The translations under genes and the position numbers were made by a program. This document shows positions 20,016 through 29,406 of a stretch of DNA of 64,000 nt, piece by piece. Numbering within the stretch: the first letter of the stretch is position 1; each line of letters begins with the position of its first letter. Source of the DNA: Bacillales bacterium UBA4045 (lineage in GTDB: Bacteria; Bacillota; Bacilli; Paenibacillales; UBA4045); contig DFZX01000090.1 in NCBI GenBank assembly GCA_002383695.1, forward strand, positions 13,139-77,138. Direction: 5' to 3'. The notes under the pieces are model-generated. The model saw only the letters and a program-made list of their open reading frames with translations, did not search any database and was not told the origin of the DNA.

Positions 20016-20316
20016 TAATTACATTGTTGAATAAAAGCCGAGACAGGTTAGTAGAATGGCGATTTCACGGATCAGAGAGCCGGTGGTTGGTGTAAACCGG
20101 AGCGTGCCGACATTCGAATTACCCCCTGTAGCTGATGAAGGGAACATCGATGAACTGAACGACAATCGATCAGTAGCTTCTATCCGGAACAGACCGTTAT
20201 CTGACTGAAGAGTGAGAAATTACTTACGAACCATATACATTCGTATGTAAGATTCTAATTAGGGTGGTACCGCGGGTTTAACCTTCTCGTCCCTGACGAA
20301 ATAGAAGGTTTTTTTG
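20016..20316 (+). promoter_or_regulatory. T-box riboswitch leader (tyrosine) with intrinsic terminator
   Basis: AGAGA bulge and GGTG distal-loop elements. Conserved T-box sequence AATTAGGGTGGTACCGCG at 20257-20274. Terminator aaccttct/agaaggtt plus T5 at 20280-20315. Candidate UAC specifier at 20120-20122. Located directly upstream of tyrS. Confidence 0.88.
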
Positions 20317-20370
20317 TTGCATAAATTCACGTATATGAATGGATTAGCTATTACATGATCGGGAGGGTAT

Positions 20371-21630
20371 ATGATGAATGAAGAGAAGCAACTCACACCA
20401 GCTCAGAAGAAGGAAGTAGATAGACAGTGGGAAATGATCCGTCGAGGTGTCGTGGAGATTGTTCCAGAGGAGCAGCTTAAGTTAAGTATTCAGAAATCGA
20501 TTATGTCAGGAGTGCCCTTGAAGATTAAATTCGGTATGGACCCATCATCACCAGATATCCATATTGGACACACTGTAGCTCTGCATAAATTAAGGCAGTT
20601 TCAGCATCTTGGACATCAGGTTCAACTCCTCATTGGTGATTTTACAGGGATGATCGGAGACCCTACAGGTAAATCAGAAACTCGCAAGCAGTTAACCAAG
20701 GAAGATGTTATCAAGAATGCGGAAACGTATCAGAAGCAAATATATAAAATTCTTGATCCTGTACGTACTCAGATTTACTATAACTCAGAATGGTTGGCTA
20801 AATTAAATTTTGCAGATGTGGTAACACTTGCAGCGAAGTTAACTGTCGCCCGCATGCTAGAGCGAGATGACTTCAGTAAAAGGTATCAGTCTGAGCAGCC
20901 CATTCATATCCATGAGTTTTTCTATCCTTTGATGCAAGGCTATGATTCAGTTGCGCTTGAGAGTGATGTAGAATTAGGTGGTACAGATCAGAAATTCAAT
21001 CTTCTTATGGGTAGAACCTTACAAAAGGAGTATGGTGTATCCACGCAGGCTGCTATTATGACGCCACTTCTTGAAGGCTTGGACGGCATACAGAAGATGA
21101 GTAAGAGTTTAGGTAATTATATTGGCATTGATGAGGAGCCGAATCAGATCTACGGCAAGTCAATGTCGATACCTGATGACCTCATGATGAAATATTATGA
21201 GCTTGCGACAGATATTACACCAGAGGAAATTAGCATAATTGCTGCAGGCTTAGCGGATGGTAGTATTCACCCTAGGGATGTTAAGATGAAGCTAGGCTTT
21301 ACTTTCGTGAGGATGTTCCATGGAGAGGATGCAGCGAGAGCTGCAGAGCAGCACTTTATAACCGTATTTCAACAACGTGCTCTACCTACAGATATCCAAG
21401 AAGCTAAGCTTACATCGGATCAATTAGAGAATGGTAGCATCCGTTTAATCAAGCTGCTCGTAGACCTAGGACTTCAGTCCACCAATGGAGAAGCACGGAG
21501 GAGCGTTGAGCAGGGAGCAGTTCGAATAAATGAAGAGAAAATTGTAGATGTTAATGCCAATGTCGTCATAGCAGATGGTGATATCCTCCAGGTGGGCAAA
21601 CGTAAATTCGTAAAAATTAGGTTACGCTAG
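20371..21630 (+). CDS. tyrS: tyrosine--tRNA ligase
   Basis: 419 aa, HIGH motif (PDIHIGH), KMSKS motif, C-terminal S4 domain. Confidence 0.95.
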   Translation: MMNEEKQLTPAQKKEVDRQWEMIRRGVVEIVPEEQLKLSIQKSIMSGVPLKIKFGMDPSSPDIHIGHTVALHKLRQFQHLGHQVQLLIGDFTGMIGDPTGKSETRKQLTKEDVIKNAETYQKQIYKILDPVRTQIYYNSEWLAKLNFADVVTLAAKLTVARMLERDDFSKRYQSEQPIHIHEFFYPLMQGYDSVALESDVELGGTDQKFNLLMGRTLQKEYGVSTQAAIMTPLLEGLDGIQKMSKSLGNYIGIDEEPNQIYGKSMSIPDDLMMKYYELATDITPEEISIIAAGLADGSIHPRDVKMKLGFTFVRMFHGEDAARAAEQHFITVFQQRALPTDIQEAKLTSDQLENGSIRLIKLLVDLGLQSTNGEARRSVEQGAVRINEEKIVDVNANVVIADGDILQVGKRKFVKIRLR

Positions 21631-21652
21631 CACGCTTACCCCATTTTTTATT

Positions 21653-21690
21653 AAAAAAACCGCTTGAGCTTAAGCTCAAACGGTTTTTTT
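21653..21690. terminator. bidirectional Rho-independent terminator (tyrS / rpsD)
   Basis: A7-ccgcttgagc ttaa gctcaaacgg-T7. Confidence 0.8.
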
Positions 21691-21704
21691 GTATATGAAT
21701 AGGA

Positions 21705-22304
21705 TTAACGGCTGTAAAACTCAACGATTTGTTTCTCGTCGATTTCTTGTGGCAATTCTGCACGCTCAGGAAGACGAAGAAACTTGCCTTCTAAAGCTTT
21801 CTCATCATACTCTAGGTAAGGATGAAGGTAGTTGCGGTTAGCAACAGCTTCCTTAACGTGAGTAAGACCACGGCTTTTCTCGCGTAAGCCTAGAACATCA
21901 CCAACTTCACAAGTGTATGAAGCGATGTCGACTTTCTTACCATTCACTGTAACATGACCATGGTTAACTAGTTGACGAGCGCCTGCACGTGAGTTAGACC
22001 AGCCCAAGCGATATACAAGGTTGTCTAGACGACGCTCTAGCAAGATCATGAAGTTCTCACCGGAGATACCTTTCATGTTGCTCGCTTTGTCAAACAAGTT
22101 GCGGAATTGCTTCTCACCTAGTCCGTACATATGGCGTAGCTTCTGCTTTTCTTGCAATTGCATACCGTATCCACTGATTTTCTTGCGTTGTCCTGGGCCA
22201 TGCTGACCGGGTGGGAATGCACGCTTAAGTTCTTTGCCAGAGCCACTTAGAGAAATTCCTAGACGGCGGCTTAATTTAAATTGTGGTCCTGTATAACGTG
22301 ACAT
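21705..22304 (-). CDS. rpsD: 30S ribosomal protein S4
   Basis: [16 protein letters not shown]... 199 aa, unmistakable S4. Confidence 0.96.
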   Translation of the reverse strand: MSRYTGPQFKLSRRLGISLSGSGKELKRAFPPGQHGPGQRKKISGYGMQLQEKQKLRHMYGLGEKQFRNLFDKASNMKGISGENFMILLERRLDNLVYRLGWSNSRAGARQLVNHGHVTVNGKKVDIASYTCEVGDVLGLREKSRGLTHVKEAVANRNYLHPYLEYDEKALEGKFLRLPERAELPQEIDEKQIVEFYSR

Positions 22305-22522
22305 ATTATAGTTGCTCCTCTGTTTACTAAATTTAATTGTAATTTGATGTAGTAATTGAGGTGGTGCTGTGCCTGTATATTGCCATGTGAAGAGTCATAT
22401 TGATCCTCATGCATAAGAAGAGTTCAGCCGCTGTTCTTACGCCGCAATAACAGTGAGGGTGACACAATTCCGTCCTCCGTACTCGACTTCTAATTTTATA
22501 AGAATATGCGTTGATTTGTCAA
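22305..22522 (-). promoter_or_regulatory. rpsD promoter (TTGACA 22517-22522, TATAAA near 22495-22500) and about 190-nt leader
   Basis: Consensus-like -35 and -10 read on the minus strand. The long leader is consistent with S4 autoregulation described in B. subtilis. Structure not verified. Confidence 0.5.
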
Positions 22523-22624
22523 GCAAAATGATTGTAAAAGCTATATGTAGTATAGTATGATGTCTCTATTGGTTCATAAAGGGTTGTACATACATAAGAA
22601 TTATCATCGATTGAACAGGTAATC

Positions 22625-24523
22625 ATGAATTTAAGGAGTCAATTCCTAATGATCGACCTTAAGCAAGAGGAATGGATGAGTATAAGTAATCGCTTTCTTA
22701 AATGGGCTTCGAATTCAATAAGAGAGATGGAGATTGCAAACTGCTGTGTTCTTTTGATCAATCAACATGGATATATTCAAGAAGCCTTTATAAGCAATGA
22801 CGTAGAGCTTCAGCCTGATGTTATGAAGCTGTTGCATGTGGGTTCATGTTTATTAGACTACCTTGGCAACGACCATGCCATTGTAGCCTCAATCCGTTCG
22901 GGTCAGCTTGAATGTAATTCTTATATGACTTTATTCAATCATCAAGATCTTAAAGCCACTTCCGCTGCTTCTAAGTTTGATCGGTCTGAATCCCTACCAG
23001 CTTTTTGGATGGGACTTATTTCTTTTGAAGCTTTAACTATGGATCATATAAAAGTAATTTTCAAAGCGCTTAGGCATTCATTTGCGAATGAAGTAGAATT
23101 AAATCTAGCACAACAGAACAGTGAAAGATTAAGCCTTTTACTCGATATGGGCAAAGCCTTCCATGGAAGAATAGATGTTAATGATGTACTCAATGAAGTT
23201 ATCAGGTGGATGTTAAGTAAATTTTCAATGGAACAATTTGATTTATTACTTACCCAAGACCACAATAGCTTGATTCATCCGGTTAAGCCATTTGTTATTC
23301 AGAATCCCGATCATGATCTAAGTAGCCGTGTATTCTTGGAGGGATCATTACTCGTCGAAGTAAAGCACGCAGGGGAGCCAGGTGAATACATCGAGGTTGC
23401 AGCGCCGCTGAAAGGAAAGCAAGGGATATACGGAATACTTCATACCAATATAGCAGGACAGGCTGTCAATGAAGATGATATCTCATTCATATCCATGCTA
23501 GCTGAAAACGCTGGGAAGGCTTTTGAGGTAGCTAAATTGTATGAACAGTCTAATGCATTGATTGGTGAATTAAGAATTATTAATGAGATTACTAAAAGGT
23601 TGAATAGAAGCTTGCAGTTAGGCGAGATATTTCAATTTGCCTGTGATGAACTCACCCAAATTTTCAAAGCGGATTATTGCTGCATACTTCAGATCGATGA
23701 GATGAAATCTAATCTTGTTATACAAGCTAGTAACAGTGAACTATTCGTGCATGAGAAGTTTGATGTCCAATACGGTTTTGCAGGTAGTATATACTTATCT
23801 AAAGAGCCTGTTATTATTTCTGATTATGAATATAACAATCAAGTCGAATCAAAGTTAATGAATATTACGCGGGCTCGATCGTTGATTGGATCACCTATCA
23901 TAATAAATGGGGAAACAGTAGGGGCAATTCTGCTAGTTCATCGCAGACCCAATTTTTTCTCTTACGATAATTTTAAGATGCTTCAAGTGCTCTCTGGTCA
24001 TATCGGCCTAGCTATCACAAATGCTACGCTTCATTCCGAGATGCGGCGCATGGTGATTACAGACCAGCTGACAGGTCTGTACGTACGGCATTACTTGTAT
24101 GAACAAATTCTAATTCATCAGAAAAAGGAGTATAATGGATCTTTGATTGTTCTAGATATTGATGACTTCAAGAAGGTCAATGATAATTACGGGCATCAAA
24201 TCGGTGATGAAATCTTAATCAGGGTAAGCTCCATCATAACTCAGAATATCCGTGATACCGATATTGCTGCACGTTGGGGAGGAGAAGAATTCGCTATATA
24301 TTTGCCCTCGATGACATGCGAGAATGCCTATAAAGTATCTAATCGGATTCGAAAGCATATCCACTTAGATACGAGTCCAGCTGTAACGATATCCTGTGGT
24401 ATTGCAAGCTGGAATGCTGAGGACGAACAGTTAGGAGTAGATCATCTGTTTCATAAAGCAGATACCGCCTTGTATCAAGCGAAGAAATCAGGCAAGAACA
24501 AAATTAGAATGTGTAAGAATTAA
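22625..24523 (+). CDS. dgcP: diguanylate cyclase with GAF domains (DgcP/YtrP-like)
   Basis: 632 aa. C-terminal GGDEF domain (RWGGEEFAI, DDFKKVNDNYGH) preceded by GAF-like regions. Adjacent to rpsD as ytrP is in B. subtilis. Confidence 0.8.
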   Translation: MNLRSQFLMIDLKQEEWMSISNRFLKWASNSIREMEIANCCVLLINQHGYIQEAFISNDVELQPDVMKLLHVGSCLLDYLGNDHAIVASIRSGQLECNSYMTLFNHQDLKATSAASKFDRSESLPAFWMGLISFEALTMDHIKVIFKALRHSFANEVELNLAQQNSERLSLLLDMGKAFHGRIDVNDVLNEVIRWMLSKFSMEQFDLLLTQDHNSLIHPVKPFVIQNPDHDLSSRVFLEGSLLVEVKHAGEPGEYIEVAAPLKGKQGIYGILHTNIAGQAVNEDDISFISMLAENAGKAFEVAKLYEQSNALIGELRIINEITKRLNRSLQLGEIFQFACDELTQIFKADYCCILQIDEMKSNLVIQASNSELFVHEKFDVQYGFAGSIYLSKEPVIISDYEYNNQVESKLMNITRARSLIGSPIIINGETVGAILLVHRRPNFFSYDNFKMLQVLSGHIGLAITNATLHSEMRRMVITDQLTGLYVRHYLYEQILIHQKKEYNGSLIVLDIDDFKKVNDNYGHQIGDEILIRVSSIITQNIRDTDIAARWGGEEFAIYLPSMTCENAYKVSNRIRKHIHLDTSPAVTISCGIASWNAEDEQLGVDHLFHKADTALYQAKKSGKNKIRMCKN

Positions 24524-24605
24524 TGGTAACGGCTAAGGAATAACTTCCTCTCATTCGGTTAAGATAACCGTCAACGGATACACCGTTAGGAAGGAAGTTA
24601 TTCGG

Positions 24606-25265
24606 TTGAATATGAACAGATGGTTTTCTTGTCTTACTTGCGGCAGCTATGCTGTCGTTTTCTGTTTGTTGATGAGCGGTTGTACAATGAATGATGTTTA
24701 CTCAGATCCAGAAGAGATGTTCCATCACACACTCAACGTGTTATCAGATGCTCCCTATGATATTCATTGGGAAGATCAAGGTGCGATCATAAATCAAAAC
24801 CATCTATCTTTGAACTGGAATCCGCTAGACAATGCAGAACGATTTAAGCAGGGCGCGACAACAATTATATTTGATCAGGATCAATCCGATCAACAAGCCG
24901 CGGTTATATCAGCTATTCTAGACAATCACACTTCCAAAGAAGTATTATTTGACCAGTTAAAAAATCAAATGAAAACCATTCGGACAGAAATACCGATAGT
25001 TCATAAATCCGTTGACCAACAGCTATCTCAGGCTGAGAAGGAAAAGATGAACAATGAGATCACATCATTCATCGATCAGGCAGATCGTAAGCTATTGACG
25101 TGGCTAGATACTTCCAACGTTCATTCAACTATGAAGCTTTGGGTAGATAGAAGCACCGAGAGGCCGATCAGAGTTACATTTATCACAAGTATTAATTATA
25201 TGAACAATAATCAATTCTTGGAAGAATCGATCACAGACAGCTTTCTTATAAATGATGTAGAGTAG
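24606..25265 (+). CDS. putative lipoprotein (219 aa)
   Basis: Signal peptide with lipobox LLMSGC. TTG start 8 nt after GGAAG; ATG at 24612 is an alternative. Confidence 0.6.
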   Translation: MNMNRWFSCLTCGSYAVVFCLLMSGCTMNDVYSDPEEMFHHTLNVLSDAPYDIHWEDQGAIINQNHLSLNWNPLDNAERFKQGATTIIFDQDQSDQQAAVISAILDNHTSKEVLFDQLKNQMKTIRTEIPIVHKSVDQQLSQAEKEKMNNEITSFIDQADRKLLTWLDTSNVHSTMKLWVDRSTERPIRVTFITSINYMNNNQFLEESITDSFLINDVE

Positions 25266-25302
25266 AGGTATTGAATTTTTTATAGAGAAGGAGCCTTAAC
25301 AA

Positions 25303-26418
25303 ATGAGAGATCCACGGTTGCAAACACTGGCAAGGAATTTAGTCCAATATTCTTTACGCATTGAGCCTGGTGAGAATGTGTTAATCGAGATGATTGGTAG
25401 TGAACGCGAGCTAGTGCACTGTCTAATAGAGGAGGTATATGCTCGAGGTGGTCGACCATTTGTTGAATTAGCTGATCGGGCCGTACTTCGTCAGATCCTT
25501 CAAGGTGCAACACAAGATCATATGAAGCAATGGGCCGATATAGATTTGAATAGAATGAAGAACATGCAAGCTTACATAGGAATACGAGCTGGAGACAATG
25601 TTAACGATTTATCCGATGTTCAGGGCTCCAGTATGAAGCTATACGATGTTTATTACAGACATCCGGTTCATCTCGAGCAACGAGTGAAACGGACCAAATG
25701 GGTCGTGTTACGTTATCCAAATGCTTCTATGGCTCAATTAGCAAATATGAGCACGGCTACATTCGAGGATTTCTATTTTAACGTCTGTAATCTGGATTAT
25801 GGAAAGATGTCAAAAGCGATGGAGCCGCTCAAATCACTGATGGATCGTACCGATAGAGTGAGAATTGTGTCACCAGGCACTGATTTATCCTTCTCCATTC
25901 AGGGGATTCCGTCTGTCAAGTGTGATGGACAACGGAATATACCTGATGGTGAGGTGTACACAGCACCTATTCGCAATTCTGTGCAAGGGACAATCTCTTA
26001 TAATACACCATCTGTTTATGCTGGAGTCACTTTTGAGAACATTAAATTCCGCTTTGAGAATGGGCAGATTGTTGAAGCCTCATGCAATGATTCGGCAAGA
26101 TTGAATGAAGTGTTGGATTCCGATGAAGGCTCTAGATACATAGGAGAATTCAGTCTTGGTTTTAACCCGTTTATTCTATACCCTATGAAGGATACATTGT
26201 TCGATGAGAAGATTGATGGTAGCCTTCACTTTACTCCTGGTCAAGCTTATGAGGCAGCTGATAATGGTAATCGTTCATCCGTCCATTGGGACCTTGTGCT
26301 TATACAAAGGCCGGAATTCGGTGGTGGAGAAGTATGGTTTGATGATGTATTAATTCGTAAGGATGGTCGATTTGTGATTTCGGAATTGAAGTCACTTAAT
26401 CCAGAACACCTGAAGTGA
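25303..26418 (+). CDS. ampS: aminopeptidase, M29 (AmpS/PepS) family
   Basis: 371 aa, MRDPRLQTLARNLVQYSL N-terminus and SLHFTPGQAY...HWDLV C-terminal pattern typical of M29. Confidence 0.85.
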   Translation: MRDPRLQTLARNLVQYSLRIEPGENVLIEMIGSERELVHCLIEEVYARGGRPFVELADRAVLRQILQGATQDHMKQWADIDLNRMKNMQAYIGIRAGDNVNDLSDVQGSSMKLYDVYYRHPVHLEQRVKRTKWVVLRYPNASMAQLANMSTATFEDFYFNVCNLDYGKMSKAMEPLKSLMDRTDRVRIVSPGTDLSFSIQGIPSVKCDGQRNIPDGEVYTAPIRNSVQGTISYNTPSVYAGVTFENIKFRFENGQIVEASCNDSARLNEVLDSDEGSRYIGEFSLGFNPFILYPMKDTLFDEKIDGSLHFTPGQAYEAADNGNRSSVHWDLVLIQRPEFGGGEVWFDDVLIRKDGRFVISELKSLNPEHLK

Positions 26419-26562
26419 GATGACCACATGAAATCATTTTGGAGGATTATCCAAATTACGCAGGTGTATTTTGTAAAATATCTACTTGCAAGCTTTCATC
26501 TTCCACGTTATCATGAAATGAGAAAACAGTTCATCACGAACTAATCATTGGAGGGATATACC

Positions 26563-26805
26563 ATGTCTGATAAGAATGCAGCAATCGTAGAAATTTCTCA
26601 AACCGCTAATCGATTTACATCCTCTATCGTTTTAAAGTTTGAGAACAAGTATATCGATGTAAAGAGTATCCTTGGATTATTCACTACATTGATTAATTCA
26701 AGTCAATACGAGCTTCATGTACACGGTCCTGACGAAATGTTAGCTAAAGAAACAATGCTAGCTGTGTTTGAGAAGCATAATCTTAACATTAAAATTGCAG
26801 AGTAG
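26563..26805 (+). CDS. HPr-fold protein lacking the His15 segment (80 aa)
   Basis: ATG 8 nt after GGAGGG. Aligns to HPr/Crh from about residue 17 onward (ANRFTS; KSILGL matching the Ser46 context KSIMG). An in-frame TAA at 26542 excludes a longer N-terminus. Own TTGCAA-17-TATCAT promoter upstream. Confidence 0.7.
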   Translation: MSDKNAAIVEISQTANRFTSSIVLKFENKYIDVKSILGLFTTLINSSQYELHVHGPDEMLAKETMLAVFEKHNLNIKIAE

Positions 26806-26842
26806 AACAACAAGGGAAATTTCATCCGTACGCATCATTACA

Positions 26843-26897
26843 GCCCGCCTTACACTTCAAGCTTTTATTGATGTGAAGGGCGGGTTGTTCTTTGTTT
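26843..26897 (+). terminator. Rho-independent terminator
   Basis: Imperfect long hairpin gcccgcc...ggcgggt followed by a T-rich run. Confidence 0.6.
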
Positions 26898-27001
26898 GTG
26901 TATCAGTTTAGCGTTAAGAACTCTTGTGTTAAATATCATTATCGTCTAAACTACATATAAGTATTGCATCATGCTGATATTGTCTAGCAAGGGGGATTCA
27001 C

Positions 27002-27301
27002 ATGTCAACGAATATTCCAATGGATTTATATACAACAGCTTCATCTCTTCTCCAAGAGGATGCGGATAAGATAGAGAAGTTGATTGAGGTTCAGATGGAG
27101 ACATTAACAAACCGTCGCTGTCCTTTATATGAAGAGGTATTGGACACGCAGATGTATGGTTTATCACGCGAAATTGACTTTGCTGTTCGAGCTGGACTTA
27201 TTCAAGAGCAAAGAGGTAGAGATATTATTAGTAAGCTTGAGCGGAATTTAGCTCAGCTTTATGAAGCTTTAAGTCGTAGTAAAGAGCAGGGTTTTTTATA
27301 A
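27002..27301 (+). CDS. ylaN: YlaN (UPF0358) family protein
   Basis: LLQEDADKIEKLIEVQMETLT..CPLYEEVLDTQMYGLSREIDFAVRAGLI closely matches the B. subtilis YlaN pattern. Confidence 0.85.
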   Translation: MSTNIPMDLYTTASSLLQEDADKIEKLIEVQMETLTNRRCPLYEEVLDTQMYGLSREIDFAVRAGLIQEQRGRDIISKLERNLAQLYEALSRSKEQGFL

Positions 27302-27335
27302 GCTTTTATTCTAAGCTGTGATGTGAGATGCAATA

Positions 27336-27364
27336 GAGGCTGTCTTCATGAGACAGCCTCTTTT
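27336..27364 (+). terminator. Rho-independent terminator of ylaN
   Basis: 10-bp perfect stem gaggctgtct/agacagcctc, 5-nt loop, TTTT. Confidence 0.85.
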
Positions 27365-27366
27365 CG

Positions 27367-29270
27367 GTGTGCCATGCATGGCGATTAACTAGGTGGTGAA
27401 AGTCCACTGTGGGGGTTTGTAGTTACCAACCACTAGCCAAGAGCAAGGGTGTCCACCGTGAGGTGGAATCTGAAGGAAGCTGGAGGCAAAATTCCGACCC
27501 GAGGAACACGAATAGCATAAGGCATAGGTTATGGGATGAGTCTGCCGAACAAGACGAAGTCCAATCAACTACACGGACATACCTATGTAGATGATGCGGG
27601 TACATGGAAGGAAAGTGAATCGTCTTACCGTGGGAGGCCTCATGGACGTGAGGAGATACACTTCGAATCACGGTTGAAACAAGATTTATCAGGAGGAGTC
27701 AGCAGATGCCATAGTACCTGATGTTGTCGACGACATGAGGGAAGGGCTGAACCTAAGGAGGTGGTAGTCAATGAATGTTACCAAAACAGGAGCGAAGTAC
27801 AGCCAACTCCCTCTAGAGGAAGGCTCTACGCAGAAGAATAGTGCGGAACACGAAGGATATGCGGGAGCGTACAGTTCGGTAAGGATAACTGAAAACAACA
27901 CCACAAACGCAAACGAGTCGAAGGAAAAGTTGCTTGAGAGAATTGTAAGTGGAGACAACCTGAATGAAGCATTCAAAAGGGTCAAAGCAAACAAAGGCTC
28001 TCACGGAATCGATGGGATGGGAGTAGATGAACTTCTACCATATCTCAGAGAAATCGGAGAGTCGCTCAAGCAATCTATTCTGGATGGAACCTACCGTCCG
28101 AATCCCGTTCGAAGGGTAGAAATACCAAAAGAGAACGGAAAGGTAAGGAATCTGGGAATCCCAACCGTAGTTGACCGAGTCGTTCAACAAGCCATTGCTC
28201 AAGTACTTACACCCATCTACGAAAAGCAATTTTCGGAGAACAGTTTCGGCTTCCGACCTAAACGAAGCGCACACAATGCCATACGGAAGAGCCAATCCAA
28301 CATCGATTGCGGACACAAGTATGTAGTCGACATGGATTTGGAGAAATACTTCGACACGGTGAATCAAAGTAAGCTAGTCGAGGTCCTCTCAAGAACGATC
28401 AAGGATGGGAGAGTCCTATCACTCATCCACAAGTTCCTGAGATCTGGTGTCATCGTAAAGCACAAGTTCGAGGATACAGAAGTCGGCGTGCCACAGGGCG
28501 GAAACCTGAGTCCAATACTTAGTAACATCATGTTAAACGAACTGGACAAGGAACTGGAGAACAGAGGACATAAGTTCGTGCGATATGCGGATGACCTTCT
28601 CATCTTCTGTAAGAGCAAAAGAAGTGCTGAGCGAACCCTGGAAAACATCCTTCCCTTTATCGAGAAGAAACTATTTCTTAAGGTAAATCGGGAGAAAACG
28701 ATAGTGGACGAGGTAAGGAGAGTCAAATTTCTTGGATTCTCATTCTATCAAAGTAAGGGAGAAGCGAAGGTCAGAATTCACTCGAAATCCATTGCGAAGA
28801 TGAAAGCGAAAATCAAAGAGCTTACGTCAAGAAGCAATGGAATGGGGAATGACGATCGTACAAAGAAACTTCGACGCTACATCATGGGGTGGGTAAACTA
28901 CTTCAAGATAGCGGATATGAAGAAACTGCTCCAGACCACGGATGAATGGATGAGAAGGAGAATTCGCATGATCTACTGGAAACAATGGAAGCGTGTGAGG
29001 ACAAAGTTTGCGAGGTTGCAATCACTAGGAATCCAGAAGCAGAAAGCATGGGAATACGCCAACACAAGAAAGAGCTATTGGAGAACCTCCAATAGTCCCA
29101 TCCTCTCCAAATCCCTCGGAAACAACACCATTAAAGGGCTAGGATTCTTATTCTTTTCAGATTATTATCGACAAGCAAATGCGTAAACTTAGGAACCGCC
29201 GTATACCGAACGGTACGTACGGTGGTGTGGGAGGTCGGCTACTCAATTAATGGGTAGCCTCCTACCCGAT
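27367..29270 (+). mobile_element. group II intron (class C-like) with intron-encoded reverse transcriptase/maturase
   Basis: 5' GUGUG at 27367. Domain V-like hairpin at about 29204-29235 whose catalytic triad position reads CGC. Domain VI helix with a bulged A at 29265, and the element ends ...CCCGAU at 29270. RT ORF lies inside. Confidence 0.85.
27771..29186 (+). CDS. ltrA: group II intron reverse transcriptase/maturase (no endonuclease domain)
   Basis: 471 aa. RT blocks RRVEIPKENGKVRNLGIP, FGFRPKRSAHNA, GVPQGGNLSPILSN and RYADDLLIF. Maturase X block RYIMGWVNYFKIAD. No HNH motif at the C-terminus. Confidence 0.92.
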   Translation: MNVTKTGAKYSQLPLEEGSTQKNSAEHEGYAGAYSSVRITENNTTNANESKEKLLERIVSGDNLNEAFKRVKANKGSHGIDGMGVDELLPYLREIGESLKQSILDGTYRPNPVRRVEIPKENGKVRNLGIPTVVDRVVQQAIAQVLTPIYEKQFSENSFGFRPKRSAHNAIRKSQSNIDCGHKYVVDMDLEKYFDTVNQSKLVEVLSRTIKDGRVLSLIHKFLRSGVIVKHKFEDTEVGVPQGGNLSPILSNIMLNELDKELENRGHKFVRYADDLLIFCKSKRSAERTLENILPFIEKKLFLKVNREKTIVDEVRRVKFLGFSFYQSKGEAKVRIHSKSIAKMKAKIKELTSRSNGMGNDDRTKKLRRYIMGWVNYFKIADMKKLLQTTDEWMRRRIRMIYWKQWKRVRTKFARLQSLGIQKQKAWEYANTRKSYWRTSNSPILSKSLGNNTIKGLGFLFFSDYYRQANA

Positions 29271-29406
29271 CGCTTATTTTGTTCTATATCATTGCTGAAT
29301 CTTGAATCTTAATCCTCTAACTAGTAAACTTAATCCAAGTACAGGTAGCAGGTGGCATTAAGATACCCACCCATAAAATTCGGACAAAGAGCGGAGGTAG
29401 GCATTC

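Noticed and set aside
24538-24603. c-di-GMP riboswitch (GEMM-I or GEMM-II) downstream of the diguanylate cyclase
   Set aside because: The element is too small. I do not see the GEMM-I tetraloop/receptor hairpin pair or the c-di-GMP-II pseudoknot consensus. It is kept only as an unclassified structured element.
27771-29186. Reverse transcriptase as a retron, DGR or defence-associated RT
   Set aside because: The ORF sits inside recognisable group II intron RNA: 5' GUGUG, domain V and domain VI with a bulged A. It has a maturase X domain. No msr/msd-like repeats or template/variable repeat pair are visible nearby.
29297-29320. Short direct repeat gaatctt gaatctt just after the intron, considered as a target-site duplication
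   Set aside because: Group II intron retrohoming does not generate target-site duplications. The repeat is only 7 nt and is not mirrored at the 5' junction.
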